A stretch of DNA of 64,000 nt from an uncultured bacterium. GTDB taxonomy: Bacteria; Omnitrophota; Gorgyraeia; Ghiorseimicrobiales; Ghiorseimicrobiaceae. A program made the position numbers and the translations under genes. The notes beneath the pieces were generated by a model. That model was not told the DNA's origin. It ran no database searches and was given only the letters and a program-made list of their open reading frames with translations. Every line of letters starts with the position of its first letter. Positions within the stretch are counted from its first letter, which is position 1. The stretch lies in NCBI GenBank assembly GCA_913009335.1, contig CAJVXN010000005.1, forward strand, positions 110-64,109, read 5' to 3'. Below are positions 17,773-27,928 of the stretch, piece after piece.

Positions 17773-18362
17773 AATCAAGTTATATAGAAAATAATTACGG
17801 AGAAGTATTCGAAACATTAATAAAATGCTTTCGTTATCCGCTAGCAGTTGAATTAGGCGTACTGGATGGATATAGTACTATTCATATTGCAAAAGCGTTA
17901 CATATAAATAAACTAAGATGGAATGTACACGGGCGGCTTGACTCTTATGATCTTTGGGAAGATTATCCATATAGGCATGGAACTATGCAAGACGTGCAAA
18001 AAGAAATAGAGAAAGCCGGAGTATCTGATTTTATAAATCTGTATAAAGGAGATGCTTTTAAAGTTGCGGATATATATCAAGACAGATCCATACATTTTCT
18101 CCATGTTGATATTTCTAACACCGGAGATGTATTAAAACGGATTATGGAAGTATGGGATAAGAAAATATACCAAGGCGGTATGATAGTAATTGAAGGCGGA
18201 TCAGAAGAACGCGACAATGTTGAATGGATGATTAAATATAATAAAGTTCCGATAAAGCCAGAATTAGAATCAAATTTAATAATTAAGAAGAACTATGTTT
18301 ATGGCACATATAATGCGTTTCCAAGTTTAACTGTTATTTATAAAAAGTTTGATTATGCCTAA
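17769..18362 (+). CDS. class I SAM methyltransferase (Methyltransf_24-like)
   Basis: VELGVLDGYST, FLHVD. Confidence 0.82.
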   Translation: MKSSYIENNYGEVFETLIKCFRYPLAVELGVLDGYSTIHIAKALHINKLRWNVHGRLDSYDLWEDYPYRHGTMQDVQKEIEKAGVSDFINLYKGDAFKVADIYQDRSIHFLHVDISNTGDVLKRIMEVWDKKIYQGGMIVIEGGSEERDNVEWMIKYNKVPIKPELESNLIIKKNYVYGTYNAFPSLTVIYKKFDYA

Positions 18363-19057
18363 TGGAGAACAGCGATATGGAAAAAACTAAAATTCAAATC
18401 CATAGTGATGAATTCCATAAGATTTGGGACAAAAAAAAATTATGGCAAGAAGTAAGTTGGCTGGGAATAGGAATGTGGAAATTACCTTTCGATGCATTTA
18501 TAATTCAGGAATTACTTTTTAAAGTCCAGCCAGACTTTGTAATTGAAACAGGAACGAACTTTGGCGGATCGTCTTTATTCTACGCTAGCATATTAAAACT
18601 TATAGGCAAAGGAAGAGTTATAACTATTGATATAAAAGATAAAGCATCCGGCATAGATGAAATCAAGAGTCGATTAGATCTTTCTATTACGCGTGTAATA
18701 GGTGATAGCGTATCAAATGAAACATATAAACAAATGTTAAGCATTGCCGGAGCTAATAAAACATTTTTTGTGATCCTTGATTCCTGGCACACTAAAGAGC
18801 ATGTACTGAAAGAATTAAGAATATATTCTCATTTAATACATATGGGTTCTTATATAATTGTTGAAGATACTCATGTAAGCGGACATCCAATAAAATGGAA
18901 ATGGGGAGACGGACCTTATGAAGCGGTGCATGAATTTTTACAAGAAAATTCTACATTTGCAGTAGATAAACGCTGCGAGAAATTGGCAATGACATTTAAC
19001 CCTTGTGGGTTTTTACGCAAAGTACTACATGGAGGAAGACATAATGGAGATTCATAG
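18362..19057 (+). CDS. CmcI/rhamnosyl O-methyltransferase family protein
   Basis: PDFVIETGTNFGGS, VILDSWH, YIIVEDT, TFNPCGFL. Confidence 0.88.
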   Translation: MENSDMEKTKIQIHSDEFHKIWDKKKLWQEVSWLGIGMWKLPFDAFIIQELLFKVQPDFVIETGTNFGGSSLFYASILKLIGKGRVITIDIKDKASGIDEIKSRLDLSITRVIGDSVSNETYKQMLSIAGANKTFFVILDSWHTKEHVLKELRIYSHLIHMGSYIIVEDTHVSGHPIKWKWGDGPYEAVHEFLQENSTFAVDKRCEKLAMTFNPCGFLRKVLHGGRHNGDS

Positions 19058-19733
19058 CGGCAGTCAAGATACTTATGAAAAGGTTGGAACGTTTGCCGGC
19101 GAAGAGCTTCCTTTCTCTAAATATCTTCGTTGGGATAGGATGGGCCTTCTTGCTATCCTTGCTGATTTTTATTTAAACTATTCTAAAGGAAATATTTTAG
19201 AAATAGGCGCCGGTGAAAGCACTGTTTATTTTAGCTGGCTGGCCAGAAAATACAATAGGCAGGCATTTTTTTGTGATATACAACAAAGCATATATGTTAA
19301 TGCTTTAACGGTTGATGGATATTTTCAAGGAGAGCATATAATAATTAGAGAGGGAGAAGATAAAACAAATATAAAATCAAATTTTCCAAATACGATATAT
19401 ATCGGAGATTCTACTAAAATGTTTAAAGACATTAATTTACCATCATTAGCAGTGGCCTTGATAGATGGCGGCCATATGTACGAACAGGTCAAAAAAGATT
19501 TTTGGAATATCTTTCCTTTAATAGAAGAAACAGGAGCGATATTTCTGCATGATTTGAATCCTCCTAACGAGGAATATCACAATGAAAATTTATGTGGTAC
19601 AGGATTTCGTTTGCGCAAAGAATTAGAAGAGAATAAAGATTTAGATGTTTTTACATTTGTTAGGTCCGCTATTAACGTAGGTCTTACCATGGTTAGAGTA
19701 CGTAATAAAAATAGGAAATATTTTCAAGCATGA
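19044..19733 (+). CDS. class I SAM methyltransferase (Methyltransf_24-like)
   Basis: ILEIGAGEST, LIDGGHMYEQVKKD, IFLHD. Confidence 0.85.
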   Translation: MEIHSGSQDTYEKVGTFAGEELPFSKYLRWDRMGLLAILADFYLNYSKGNILEIGAGESTVYFSWLARKYNRQAFFCDIQQSIYVNALTVDGYFQGEHIIIREGEDKTNIKSNFPNTIYIGDSTKMFKDINLPSLAVALIDGGHMYEQVKKDFWNIFPLIEETGAIFLHDLNPPNEEYHNENLCGTGFRLRKELEENKDLDVFTFVRSAINVGLTMVRVRNKNRKYFQA

Positions 19734-20779
19734 TTACAGGATTAGATAAAAAATTAGCTGGAATGGAACAATTTAAAGATACTAACTTTATGGATCGCGG
19801 CCATGATGATGTTAACTGGTTTGATCTTTCAATGAACCATAATAGCAGGCCGTATGATTTCGACACTGTAATTTTAGTAACCAGTCATAAGGGTCATTTA
19901 CCATTTCTTAAACATACATTGAGGCAATATAGATTGACAGGGAAGTTTGTTCTCTGCGCTTTTGATAGCCCATTTAATGGAATGAGCGCGTTAGGGCAGG
20001 AACAGATGAAAACTAATTTCCTACGCCCCGACCATTTGGCCCTCGCTCACTCCTGGGTATTTAAACATCAGACTTTTGACGCGCCGAAAAGAAATGGCTG
20101 GTTTTGGGATATCCGTTACGCTCAAGGAATAATTAATTTATTTCCTAATCTCAAATATGTTTTCTGCGTTAACGGAGACGGATTGTGGGAGAAACCCGAA
20201 GGCGTAGATGATATTATAAAACTATTAGGCGACAATGATTTAATGTCGCAAGCTTCTGATAGTTCAAAAGGTTCTCCAGGGTCAATACATACGGCTAGCG
20301 TAATTTATAAAATAGACGCATTCAATAAGATACTTGAATATATGATTGATTGCATGAAAGTCCCTATTATCGGTTCAAACAGCGCGGAAGTGTTATTAAG
20401 AGATGCAGTATCATTGTTAGAATTAAAAGAAGGAATTGCTCCAAAGCAGCCGATATATCCGCAGGACGGCTCGATTGATATGTATGCTTGTTATAATCAG
20501 GATAGTACATGGAAAGATATTCTTGGATTTCGAAATCTTCCGGCAGAGATGGAAACAGCTTGTGAAGAAAGATTAGAACCATTAGATAAAAAATACATAG
20601 ATGATTTCGGAGATTATATTTATCTTTCCAGTTATGAACGGAATACAATCTGTAATTATTACAGGACTGAAGATAGAAGATATATTTATCAGTATTGGGA
20701 TCAATCGGCAGATAGTTGGTGGGATAGGAGATTCTATAGTATAGAATACTATGGTAGGGAGCCTATTTATGCAAAATAG
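19730..20779 (+). CDS. putative GT-A-like glycosyltransferase, paralog 1
   Basis: ILVTSH..., KYVFCVNGD; similar to 20947-21867. Confidence 0.5.
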   Translation: MITGLDKKLAGMEQFKDTNFMDRGHDDVNWFDLSMNHNSRPYDFDTVILVTSHKGHLPFLKHTLRQYRLTGKFVLCAFDSPFNGMSALGQEQMKTNFLRPDHLALAHSWVFKHQTFDAPKRNGWFWDIRYAQGIINLFPNLKYVFCVNGDGLWEKPEGVDDIIKLLGDNDLMSQASDSSKGSPGSIHTASVIYKIDAFNKILEYMIDCMKVPIIGSNSAEVLLRDAVSLLELKEGIAPKQPIYPQDGSIDMYACYNQDSTWKDILGFRNLPAEMETACEERLEPLDKKYIDDFGDYIYLSSYERNTICNYYRTEDRRYIYQYWDQSADSWWDRRFYSIEYYGREPIYAK

Positions 20780-20946
20780 AGAAGTAAGAATTACTATGAA
20801 AAAACAAACTATCATTTTATTGTTAATGGATGATAATGAAGAAGTAACAGGTAGAAATGTTAAAGTAGTTGAAGATTTAGAAACGGTAGAACGAGAATTA
20901 AAATTTTTGGTAAAAGCTTGCTTACATCAAATAAAAAGGAGTAGAG

Positions 20947-21867
20947 ATGGGTTGGATAAGAAAAGATCTGGATGATCCAAATTTAAGCGCGGAAGATAGG
21001 GCGGCAGGAGAACAGGTCTTAAAAAATTTTATGGCCAATGATACATGGACTAAAAAAATCTTTAAAGACGTAGGAATACTTTTGACATCGCATCCAGGCA
21101 ACCGGCCATATTTAAAAGGATCAGTTGAATCGCATAAAAAGACTGGATATTGGATTTGTCTATCTTATGATAACTATATAAACCCGGAACATGCAGCAGT
21201 TGATTATAATTCAATTATGCCGTCTAAAGATGTGATGGATAATATAGATACATTCGTAATGCCGCATCACCAGACCTGGGGCGGAGTTTTATTCCCTTAT
21301 TTTTGGCTGCTTAAAGTCGGCATTAATACGTTATTAGATTTTAAATATATATATTGCGCTAACGGAGATTGCATACTTGAGAAGCCGGAAAATTTCCATA
21401 TGTTAATAGAGAAATTAGGCGATGCCGATATTTTAGGCTGCGGGCCAGTTAAAGATAATTCTTTTAATACGGCCGGCATGTTTGCAAAGACTTCCGCGCT
21501 GAAAGCTATGATACAGCATTTTCAGGATCATTTTATCCCTTTCGAGGTTTATGAGAAATATACGCTTGATATAGGAAATACAGAGGGCCGATTTGCTAAG
21601 GCGATAAAAGATTTAGGATTAAAAGTCGTAACTGTTTCAGAACCTTGTGATGAGCAGATGGGCAGAGTTGAACAGGGTTGGTGGTATGAAAATCTGGGCT
21701 TCAAACACATACATGCTTTGCATAATATAGCCTATCGATATAAAGGGATTCCTCCACATCATAAATATCTTGATAATAGATTCGTAGGGGGTGAATATGA
21801 AACAATTAAAAAATATCATGAAACAGGGGATAAAAAATTATTGGAAGAATGGTGGGTTAAATCTTAA
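20947..21867 (+). CDS. putative GT-A-like glycosyltransferase, paralog 2
   Basis: ILLTSH..., KYIYCANGDCILEKPE. Confidence 0.5.
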   Translation: MGWIRKDLDDPNLSAEDRAAGEQVLKNFMANDTWTKKIFKDVGILLTSHPGNRPYLKGSVESHKKTGYWICLSYDNYINPEHAAVDYNSIMPSKDVMDNIDTFVMPHHQTWGGVLFPYFWLLKVGINTLLDFKYIYCANGDCILEKPENFHMLIEKLGDADILGCGPVKDNSFNTAGMFAKTSALKAMIQHFQDHFIPFEVYEKYTLDIGNTEGRFAKAIKDLGLKVVTVSEPCDEQMGRVEQGWWYENLGFKHIHALHNIAYRYKGIPPHHKYLDNRFVGGEYETIKKYHETGDKKLLEEWWVKS

Positions 21868-21887
21868 CAACAACAAGGAGGAGTAAG

Positions 21888-22415
21888 ATGAAGAATTTAG
21901 TACCGATTAAAGTCAAAATAGGCCTACGTGCTAATGGACACGCGGATCATCCGGATTGGCATAGACTGCCGCTTGCTGCGGCATCAGACCCGGCATCGCA
22001 TATGTTTTTCGGCTGGAAGTATGATAAGACATGCGGCCATAAAGAAGAAGGAATTGATAGTCCTTATGGTATGCAGTGGGGTATGCTTTTTGTTACAAAG
22101 CAATTTGCGATTGAAGCGAAACAGGTTTTCCCCGCATTGGTAACTGAATTAACAGAAGCCGAAGCGGATGCTTTTTGGAATGATAAAGCTTATGCTCATA
22201 TGCCTGAAAATAAAGTTGACAATGATCAGCTGCAAGCGTTAAAGAATGAATTAATTTTAAGAAAAGAAGCCGGTTTATCAACCGTTGATTTAATTGTTAA
22301 GATAAAAAAGGCGCTTGATGTCGATGATACATTCCCAGGATTACAAAAGAACCATATGAAAACATTTGCTTTAGCAAAACAGAAGTTAGGATTGAATATA
22401 GTGCCAAGCGAATAA
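21888..22415 (+). CDS. hypothetical protein
   Basis: Strong RBS, 175 aa. Confidence 0.65.
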   Translation: MKNLVPIKVKIGLRANGHADHPDWHRLPLAAASDPASHMFFGWKYDKTCGHKEEGIDSPYGMQWGMLFVTKQFAIEAKQVFPALVTELTEAEADAFWNDKAYAHMPENKVDNDQLQALKNELILRKEAGLSTVDLIVKIKKALDVDDTFPGLQKNHMKTFALAKQKLGLNIVPSE

Positions 22416-22424
22416 AATAAATAT

Positions 22425-23657
22425 ATGAATAAACAAAATTTAATTCAAAATGCGATTATTTTTCAACAACCGATTTATCATTTTGCAGCGCAGCTTTTAG
22501 AAAAAAGTAAACTAAAGGCTGTGCTTGATATCGGCTGTAGTTATCCAAAAAAGTTAGAAAAATTTATTCTTCCTTTAACTTCGGATATTACAGGGATAGA
22601 TTTACCGGAAACAATTAAACTGGTAACAAGTGAAGTAAATTTTGGATCATGGATTTCTTGTGATATAGAAAAAGATAAAATAGAATTAAATAAGAAATTT
22701 GATTTAATCATTTGTTCCGATATAGTGGAACATCTTGATAATCCTGAAAAATTATTTTCTTTGATTGAAAAATGCAGTAATGACGATACTTACATTTTAA
22801 TTTCTACCCCTGACGCTACATCTACATTGAAACAATCTAATGGTAGGCCCGCGAATATTCTGCATAAAAGAGAATGGGATAGGGTTAATTTTGAGAATTA
22901 TTTAAAAAAAAGCGGATTTGATATATTGCAGAGTAAATATTATATAGAACAAAATTGCCATCCGACTTATATCTGTAATTATTTTTTATGTAAAAAATCA
23001 AATATAAGAAAAAAACATATTTTAATTACAGTGCCTAATGTACACTGGATACACCAACATGTTACGCACAGGCTTTTAATGCTTCAAAAAGATATCCGCT
23101 ATAATTTAACATTTAAACTTCCTTCACATAAACCTTATGTGAATAATTTACATCATATAGTCAATGATTTTATCTCGGGAAATTATGATTTCTGGTTGAA
23201 TATCGATGCTGATAATCCGCCTCAAGAAAATCCTCTTGATTTAATTGAATTAGATAAAGACATTATAGGGCTACCTACTCCCATTTGGCATTTTACGAAT
23301 AAAGGAAACAATGAGAGGCCTGTATACTGGAATGCTTATGATTATCTTTCAGAAAAAGACGCTTATGCTGAACATGAACCAAAAAAGGGATTACAGAAAG
23401 TTGACGCGGTAGGGACAGGTTGTATTTTAATCGCGCGCAGAGTATTTGAAAATCCTATTATGCGGCAAGGCGCATTTATGCGTAAATGGAATAAAGACGG
23501 CACAGTAGATAAAGGAAATGATATGGCTTTTGCCGAAATAGCAAGGAATCAGGGATTTAATATTTATGCTCATTATGATTATCCTTGCGACCATATGTCG
23601 GAATTATCTTTAAATGAAACAGTAAGGGCTTTTACTAATTTATTTGAGGCAAAATAA
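22425..23657 (+). CDS. SAM methyltransferase fused to GT2-like glycosyltransferase
   Basis: VLDIGC, FDLIICSDIVEHL; WLNIDAD, VDAVGTGCILIARRVFE, GNDMAF. Confidence 0.82.
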   Translation: MNKQNLIQNAIIFQQPIYHFAAQLLEKSKLKAVLDIGCSYPKKLEKFILPLTSDITGIDLPETIKLVTSEVNFGSWISCDIEKDKIELNKKFDLIICSDIVEHLDNPEKLFSLIEKCSNDDTYILISTPDATSTLKQSNGRPANILHKREWDRVNFENYLKKSGFDILQSKYYIEQNCHPTYICNYFLCKKSNIRKKHILITVPNVHWIHQHVTHRLLMLQKDIRYNLTFKLPSHKPYVNNLHHIVNDFISGNYDFWLNIDADNPPQENPLDLIELDKDIIGLPTPIWHFTNKGNNERPVYWNAYDYLSEKDAYAEHEPKKGLQKVDAVGTGCILIARRVFENPIMRQGAFMRKWNKDGTVDKGNDMAFAEIARNQGFNIYAHYDYPCDHMSELSLNETVRAFTNLFEAK

Positions 23658-26395
23658 TGAATACTCCGTGGTGCGGCGCCCAAGAAGACAAACTTTATCT
23701 TCAATCCGGGCAGTTCAGTTCTACTTTAAAGACTAGTTTAAGTATTGTGAATTTAGATTATACTCCTTACGGAATTTCCTGGGATGGCACTGACACTCCT
23801 TGGTGTGGTCATACAGTTGGTACTCTTTGGCTTCAATCCGGGCAATTCAGCTCTACTTTAAAGACTAGCTTATATGTAGGAGGGGTCGACACGGATCTTT
23901 ATGGAATTTCCTGGGACGGTACAAATACTCCTTGGTGCGGCTATCAAGGAGGCAAACTCTATCTTCAATCAGGTCAATTCAGTTCTACTTTAAAGACTTC
24001 ATTATATATAGGAGGGGTTGATAACGACCCTGAAGGTATTTCTTACGATGGTACTAATACTCCTTGGGGTGGTTGGACTAATAGTAAACTCTATCTTCAA
24101 TCCGGGCAGTTCAGTTCTACTTTAAAGACTAGCTTATCAATAGTTACAAACCCAAGTGGTATAACTTACGATGGTACTAATACTCCATGGAGTAGTTATA
24201 CAACAGATAAACTCTACCTTCAATCCGGGCAATTCAGTTCTACTTTAAAAACTAGTTTATATGTTGGAGCAGTTGATACGGCACCTGGTGGGATAAGTAC
24301 AGATGATATAAATGCAAGATTAAGCGGGGCTTCAAGCTCTTCCAGCTCTTCAAAATCTTCTTCGAGTTCTTCTTCTAGTATAGGCAGCTCAAGCAGTTCG
24401 AGTCTTTCATTAAGCTCAAGCTCATCAAGTAGTTCTACTTTGCCGGCAGCAGCTTCGACCAATACTCCGTGGTGTAGTGGTTTTGCTGGTAAAATGTTTC
24501 TTCAATCCGGGCAGTTCAGTTCTACTTTAAAGACTTCAGTATATACAGGAGGAATTGATACAGGTATAGGAGGTATTTCATGGGATGGAACCAATACTCC
24601 TTGGTGCGGTTTTACGGATGATAAACTCTACCTTCAATCCGGGCAATTCAGCTCTACTTTAAAGACTAGCTTATATGTAGGAGGGGTCGACACGGATCTT
24701 TATGGAATTTCCTGGGACGGTACAAATACTCCTTGGTGCGGCTCCCAAGAAGACAAACTCTACCTTCAATCAGGTCAATTCAGTTCTACTTTAAAGACTT
24801 CACTGAGTATAGTTACGATTATTAGGGGAATATCTTCTGATGGTTTTAATACTCCTTGGTGCGGCTATCAAGGAAGCAAACTCTATCTTCAATCTGGGCA
24901 GTTCAGCTCTACTTTAAAGACTTCATTATATATAGGAGGAATTGATTTAGGCGTTTGGGGTATATCTTGGGACGGTACTGATACTCCTTGGTGTGGAAAA
25001 GAGGCAGATAAACTCTACCTTCAATCAGGGCAATTTAGTTCTGTATTAAAAACATCGCTTGATATTAGTGGAGTTGCTATTAACCCTCAAGGTATCACCA
25101 CAGACGATATAAACGCGAGATTAAGCGGGGCTTCCAGTAGTTCAAGCAGCTCAAATAGCTCTAGCAGTTCAAGCAGTTCAAATAGCTCTAGCAGTTCTAG
25201 TTCTTTAAGTAGCTCAAGTTCAAGCAGTTCATTAAGCTCTAGTTCTTCGAGTAATTCAAGCAGTTCCAGCAGTTCCAGTTTATCTAGTTCAAGCAGTTCA
25301 AATAGCTCTAGCAGCTCAAGCAGTTCAAATAGCTCTAGCAGTTCTAGCAGTTCAAATAGCTCAAGTTCAAGCAGTTCATTAAGCTCTAGTTCTTCCAGTA
25401 ATTCTAGTAGTTCCAGCAGTTCCAGTTTGTCTAGCTCAAGCAGTTCAAATAACTCTAGCAGTTCAAGTAGTTCAAATAGCTCTAGCAGTTCAAGTAGTTC
25501 AAGCTCTTCCAGTAATTCAAGCAGTTCCAGCAGTTCTTTGAGTTCTAGTTCTTCTAGCAATTCTAGCAGTTCGAGTAGTTCCAGTTTATCTAGCTCAAGC
25601 AGTTCAAATAGTTCTAGCAGCTCCAGCAGTTCATTAAGTTCTAGTTCTTCCAGCAATTCTAGTTCTTCAAGCAGTTCTAGTTTATCTAGCTCAAGCAGTT
25701 CAAATAGTTCAAGCAGTTCAAGCAGTTCATTAAGCTCTAGTTCTTCCAGTAATTCTAGTAGTTCCAGCAGTTCCAGTTTATCTAGTTCCAGCAGCTCAAA
25801 TAGCTCTAGCAGTTCAAGCAGTTCAAATAGCTCTAGCAGTTCAAGCAGTTCATTAAGCTCTAGTTCTTCGAGTAATTCAAGCAGTTCTAGCAGTTCCAGC
25901 AGTTCATTGAGTTCCAGCTCTTCCAGTAATTCAAGCAGTTCTAGCAGTTCCAGTTTGTCTAGTTCCAGCAGTTCAAATAGCTCTAGCAGTTCAAGCAGTT
26001 CATTAAGCTCTAGTTCTTCGAGTAATTCAAGCAGTTCCAGCAGTTCCAGTTTATCTAGTTCAAGCAGTTCAAATAGCTCAAGCAGTTCCAGCAGTTCAAA
26101 TAGCTCTAGCAGTTCTAGCAGTTCAAATAGCTCTAGCAGTTCAAGCAGTTCATTAAGTTCTAGTTCTTCGAGCAGTTCATTAAGTTCTAGTTCCTCAAGC
26201 AGTTCTAGCTGGCCAAGTTCATCTAGCAGTTCATCTAGTTCGAGAAGTTCTAGTTCTTCATTAAGTTCTAGCAGTTCATCAAAGTCAAGCAGTTCGTCGG
26301 CCTCTCTATTTGAGAAATTAGTTTATTTCAGTGATGAAACATATAATTATGAAATGAGTGAAGATACAAGCAATTATGAATTCGCGGCACAGTAA
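23657..26395 (+). CDS. repeat protein: 2x5 ~43-aa repeats (probable tandem 5-bladed beta-propellers) with poly-Ser stalks
   Basis: Ten NTPW..KLYLQSGQFSSTLKTSL..GISWDG units; Ser tracts 24332-24436 and 25133-26299. Confidence 0.8.
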   Translation: MNTPWCGAQEDKLYLQSGQFSSTLKTSLSIVNLDYTPYGISWDGTDTPWCGHTVGTLWLQSGQFSSTLKTSLYVGGVDTDLYGISWDGTNTPWCGYQGGKLYLQSGQFSSTLKTSLYIGGVDNDPEGISYDGTNTPWGGWTNSKLYLQSGQFSSTLKTSLSIVTNPSGITYDGTNTPWSSYTTDKLYLQSGQFSSTLKTSLYVGAVDTAPGGISTDDINARLSGASSSSSSSKSSSSSSSSIGSSSSSSLSLSSSSSSSSTLPAAASTNTPWCSGFAGKMFLQSGQFSSTLKTSVYTGGIDTGIGGISWDGTNTPWCGFTDDKLYLQSGQFSSTLKTSLYVGGVDTDLYGISWDGTNTPWCGSQEDKLYLQSGQFSSTLKTSLSIVTIIRGISSDGFNTPWCGYQGSKLYLQSGQFSSTLKTSLYIGGIDLGVWGISWDGTDTPWCGKEADKLYLQSGQFSSVLKTSLDISGVAINPQGITTDDINARLSGASSSSSSSNSSSSSSSSNSSSSSSSLSSSSSSSSLSSSSSSNSSSSSSSSLSSSSSSNSSSSSSSSNSSSSSSSSNSSSSSSSLSSSSSSNSSSSSSSSLSSSSSSNNSSSSSSSNSSSSSSSSSSSSNSSSSSSSLSSSSSSNSSSSSSSSLSSSSSSNSSSSSSSSLSSSSSSNSSSSSSSSLSSSSSSNSSSSSSSSLSSSSSSNSSSSSSSSLSSSSSSNSSSSSSSSNSSSSSSSSLSSSSSSNSSSSSSSSSSLSSSSSSNSSSSSSSSLSSSSSSNSSSSSSSSLSSSSSSNSSSSSSSSLSSSSSSNSSSSSSSSNSSSSSSSSNSSSSSSSSLSSSSSSSSLSSSSSSSSSWPSSSSSSSSSRSSSSSLSSSSSSKSSSSSASLFEKLVYFSDETYNYEMSEDTSNYEFAAQ
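25133..26299 (+). repeat. ~389-codon poly-serine coding tract
   Basis: Mixed TCN/AGY codons with periodic Asn/Leu. Confidence 0.95.
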
Positions 26396-26406
26396 AGGAA
26401 TAAAAG

Positions 26407-27045
26407 ATGATTTCTAAAGCTAAAAAATTAAAATTATGGAAAGAATTAAATAAAGATCACTGTCTTCGATATGATAAAGAATATAGAAAAACACACCATA
26501 AAAGTATTCGAGCCAATGCAGCTAGATATAGATTAAAGAATTTAGAAAAAGAAAGATTAAGAAAAAAAATATATATGCGTGATTATAGCAAAAGACAAAC
26601 AAGCATAGAAAAAGAAATCGCATGGAGATTAAATAATGTTAAAAAATTAAAAACATATAGAATAAAACATAATAAAAAGAATATAGAAAAAATTAGAAAT
26701 TATCAAAGAGCATATAGAAAAAGATATACTAAAAAGAATATAGAAAAAATTAGAAATTTTCGAAGAATATATAAATATAATTTAAAAAAAGCAGGTAAAC
26801 TAACTATTCAAACAATTCAAAAAGTCTATGAGAGTAATATTAAAAAGTATGGAACGCTTACTTGCTATCTCTGCTTAAAACCTATTAATTTTGGGCAAGA
26901 TAGCTTAGAACACAAACAACCGCTTTCTCGTAATGGTACTAATGAATGCAAGAATTTAGATATTGCTCATAGAAGTTGTAATAGTAAAAAACATTGCAAA
27001 ACATTACAAGAATGGAAGGAGGGTTTTAAAACCAATGCCGAATAG
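26407..27045 (+). CDS. HNH endonuclease
   Basis: CYLC...EHKQPLSRNG.N...NL..AH..CN..K; Lys/Arg-rich N-terminus. Confidence 0.88.
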   Translation: MISKAKKLKLWKELNKDHCLRYDKEYRKTHHKSIRANAARYRLKNLEKERLRKKIYMRDYSKRQTSIEKEIAWRLNNVKKLKTYRIKHNKKNIEKIRNYQRAYRKRYTKKNIEKIRNFRRIYKYNLKKAGKLTIQTIQKVYESNIKKYGTLTCYLCLKPINFGQDSLEHKQPLSRNGTNECKNLDIAHRSCNSKKHCKTLQEWKEGFKTNAE

Positions 27046-27340
27046 GAAAAATCTATATTATGTAAGTGATAACGTAACCTTTAGAGGTTCATTTAAAATA
27101 GATGGTACGGCGCAAACTCCGGATGCCGGAAGTGCCAAAGTTCAGATCTGGAAAGTCGGAGAAACATCGGCCACGTTGGCTGAAACGGCCGCTAGCATAT
27201 CAGGTACACAGCTACGATATAAATATACTCCTTTAGTCGTAGGAACATTTACACTTTTCTTCTACGCTGAATATAATAGCGGCGCAGATAAGCGCACCGG
27301 AGTTATTGAATTTGTAGTAAGAAAGAAAGAGGCTCATTAA
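27035..27340 (+). CDS. small beta-rich putative virion protein
   Basis: RBS GGAGG before ATG 27035; Ig/BppU-like pattern. Confidence 0.45.
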   Translation: MPNRKNLYYVSDNVTFRGSFKIDGTAQTPDAGSAKVQIWKVGETSATLAETAASISGTQLRYKYTPLVVGTFTLFFYAEYNSGADKRTGVIEFVVRKKEAH

Positions 27341-27918
27341 TGACTAATGAAAGATCATTGGCTAATCTTAGATTGCCAAAAACTAAAAAAGATGGGCATG
27401 GTTATCAATACGCGTTGCCTCAGGAAAAAATAGATGAATTATTTACGTATCTGGCCGAAGGCAGTTCATTAAAAAAAGCTGCCAAGGAAGCCAAGATATG
27501 TTTTGAAACGGCAAGGAAATATTATCGTAAAGGCGATGAAAAAAGAGGCATCAAGCCGCTTATCTTTCGGTTAACTATATTCCAGGAAAAAATATCACAA
27601 AAATATAATATACTTCTTGAAGAAAGAAGAATTAAGATGTTATCTACTATCCGGGGAACAATCGACATTATAGAGGTTAATTCAAAAGAGAAGGAGTGTA
27701 AATGCTGTGAAGGAATAGGGACGCAAATCAATAAAGATGAAATAAAAATTGATTGTCCGGCATGTAAAGGAGAAGGTAAAAAAATAAGTAACTTAGTAAG
27801 TAAATCTAATTTGAGGGATTTGGATCGCTTAATGCGGTTAGAAGTATTTTTAATGGGCGGCGTTACACAGCCGGAAAAAGAAAAGAAAACATTAACAGCG
27901 GAAGAGATATCAGGTTAA
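27340..27918 (+). CDS. terS: terminase small subunit with HTH and CxxCxGxG Zn finger
   Basis: HTH (SLKKAAKEAKICFETARKY); position before TerL. Confidence 0.65.
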   Translation: MTNERSLANLRLPKTKKDGHGYQYALPQEKIDELFTYLAEGSSLKKAAKEAKICFETARKYYRKGDEKRGIKPLIFRLTIFQEKISQKYNILLEERRIKMLSTIRGTIDIIEVNSKEKECKCCEGIGTQINKDEIKIDCPACKGEGKKISNLVSKSNLRDLDRLMRLEVFLMGGVTQPEKEKKTLTAEEISG

Positions 27919-27928
27919 GGAGTATCTT

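Noticed and set aside
23657-25132. Regular ~130-bp repeats resembling a CRISPR array or DGR template/variable repeats
   Set aside because: In-frame protein repeats with synonymous variation; no cas or reverse transcriptase gene in the window, and no adenine-specific pattern evident.
25087-25656. Antisense Leu/Glu-repeat ORFs (also 24220-24462, 35660-35905, part of 38247-38771)
   Set aside because: Automatic reverse-complement shadow of Ser codons; no RBS or promoter support.
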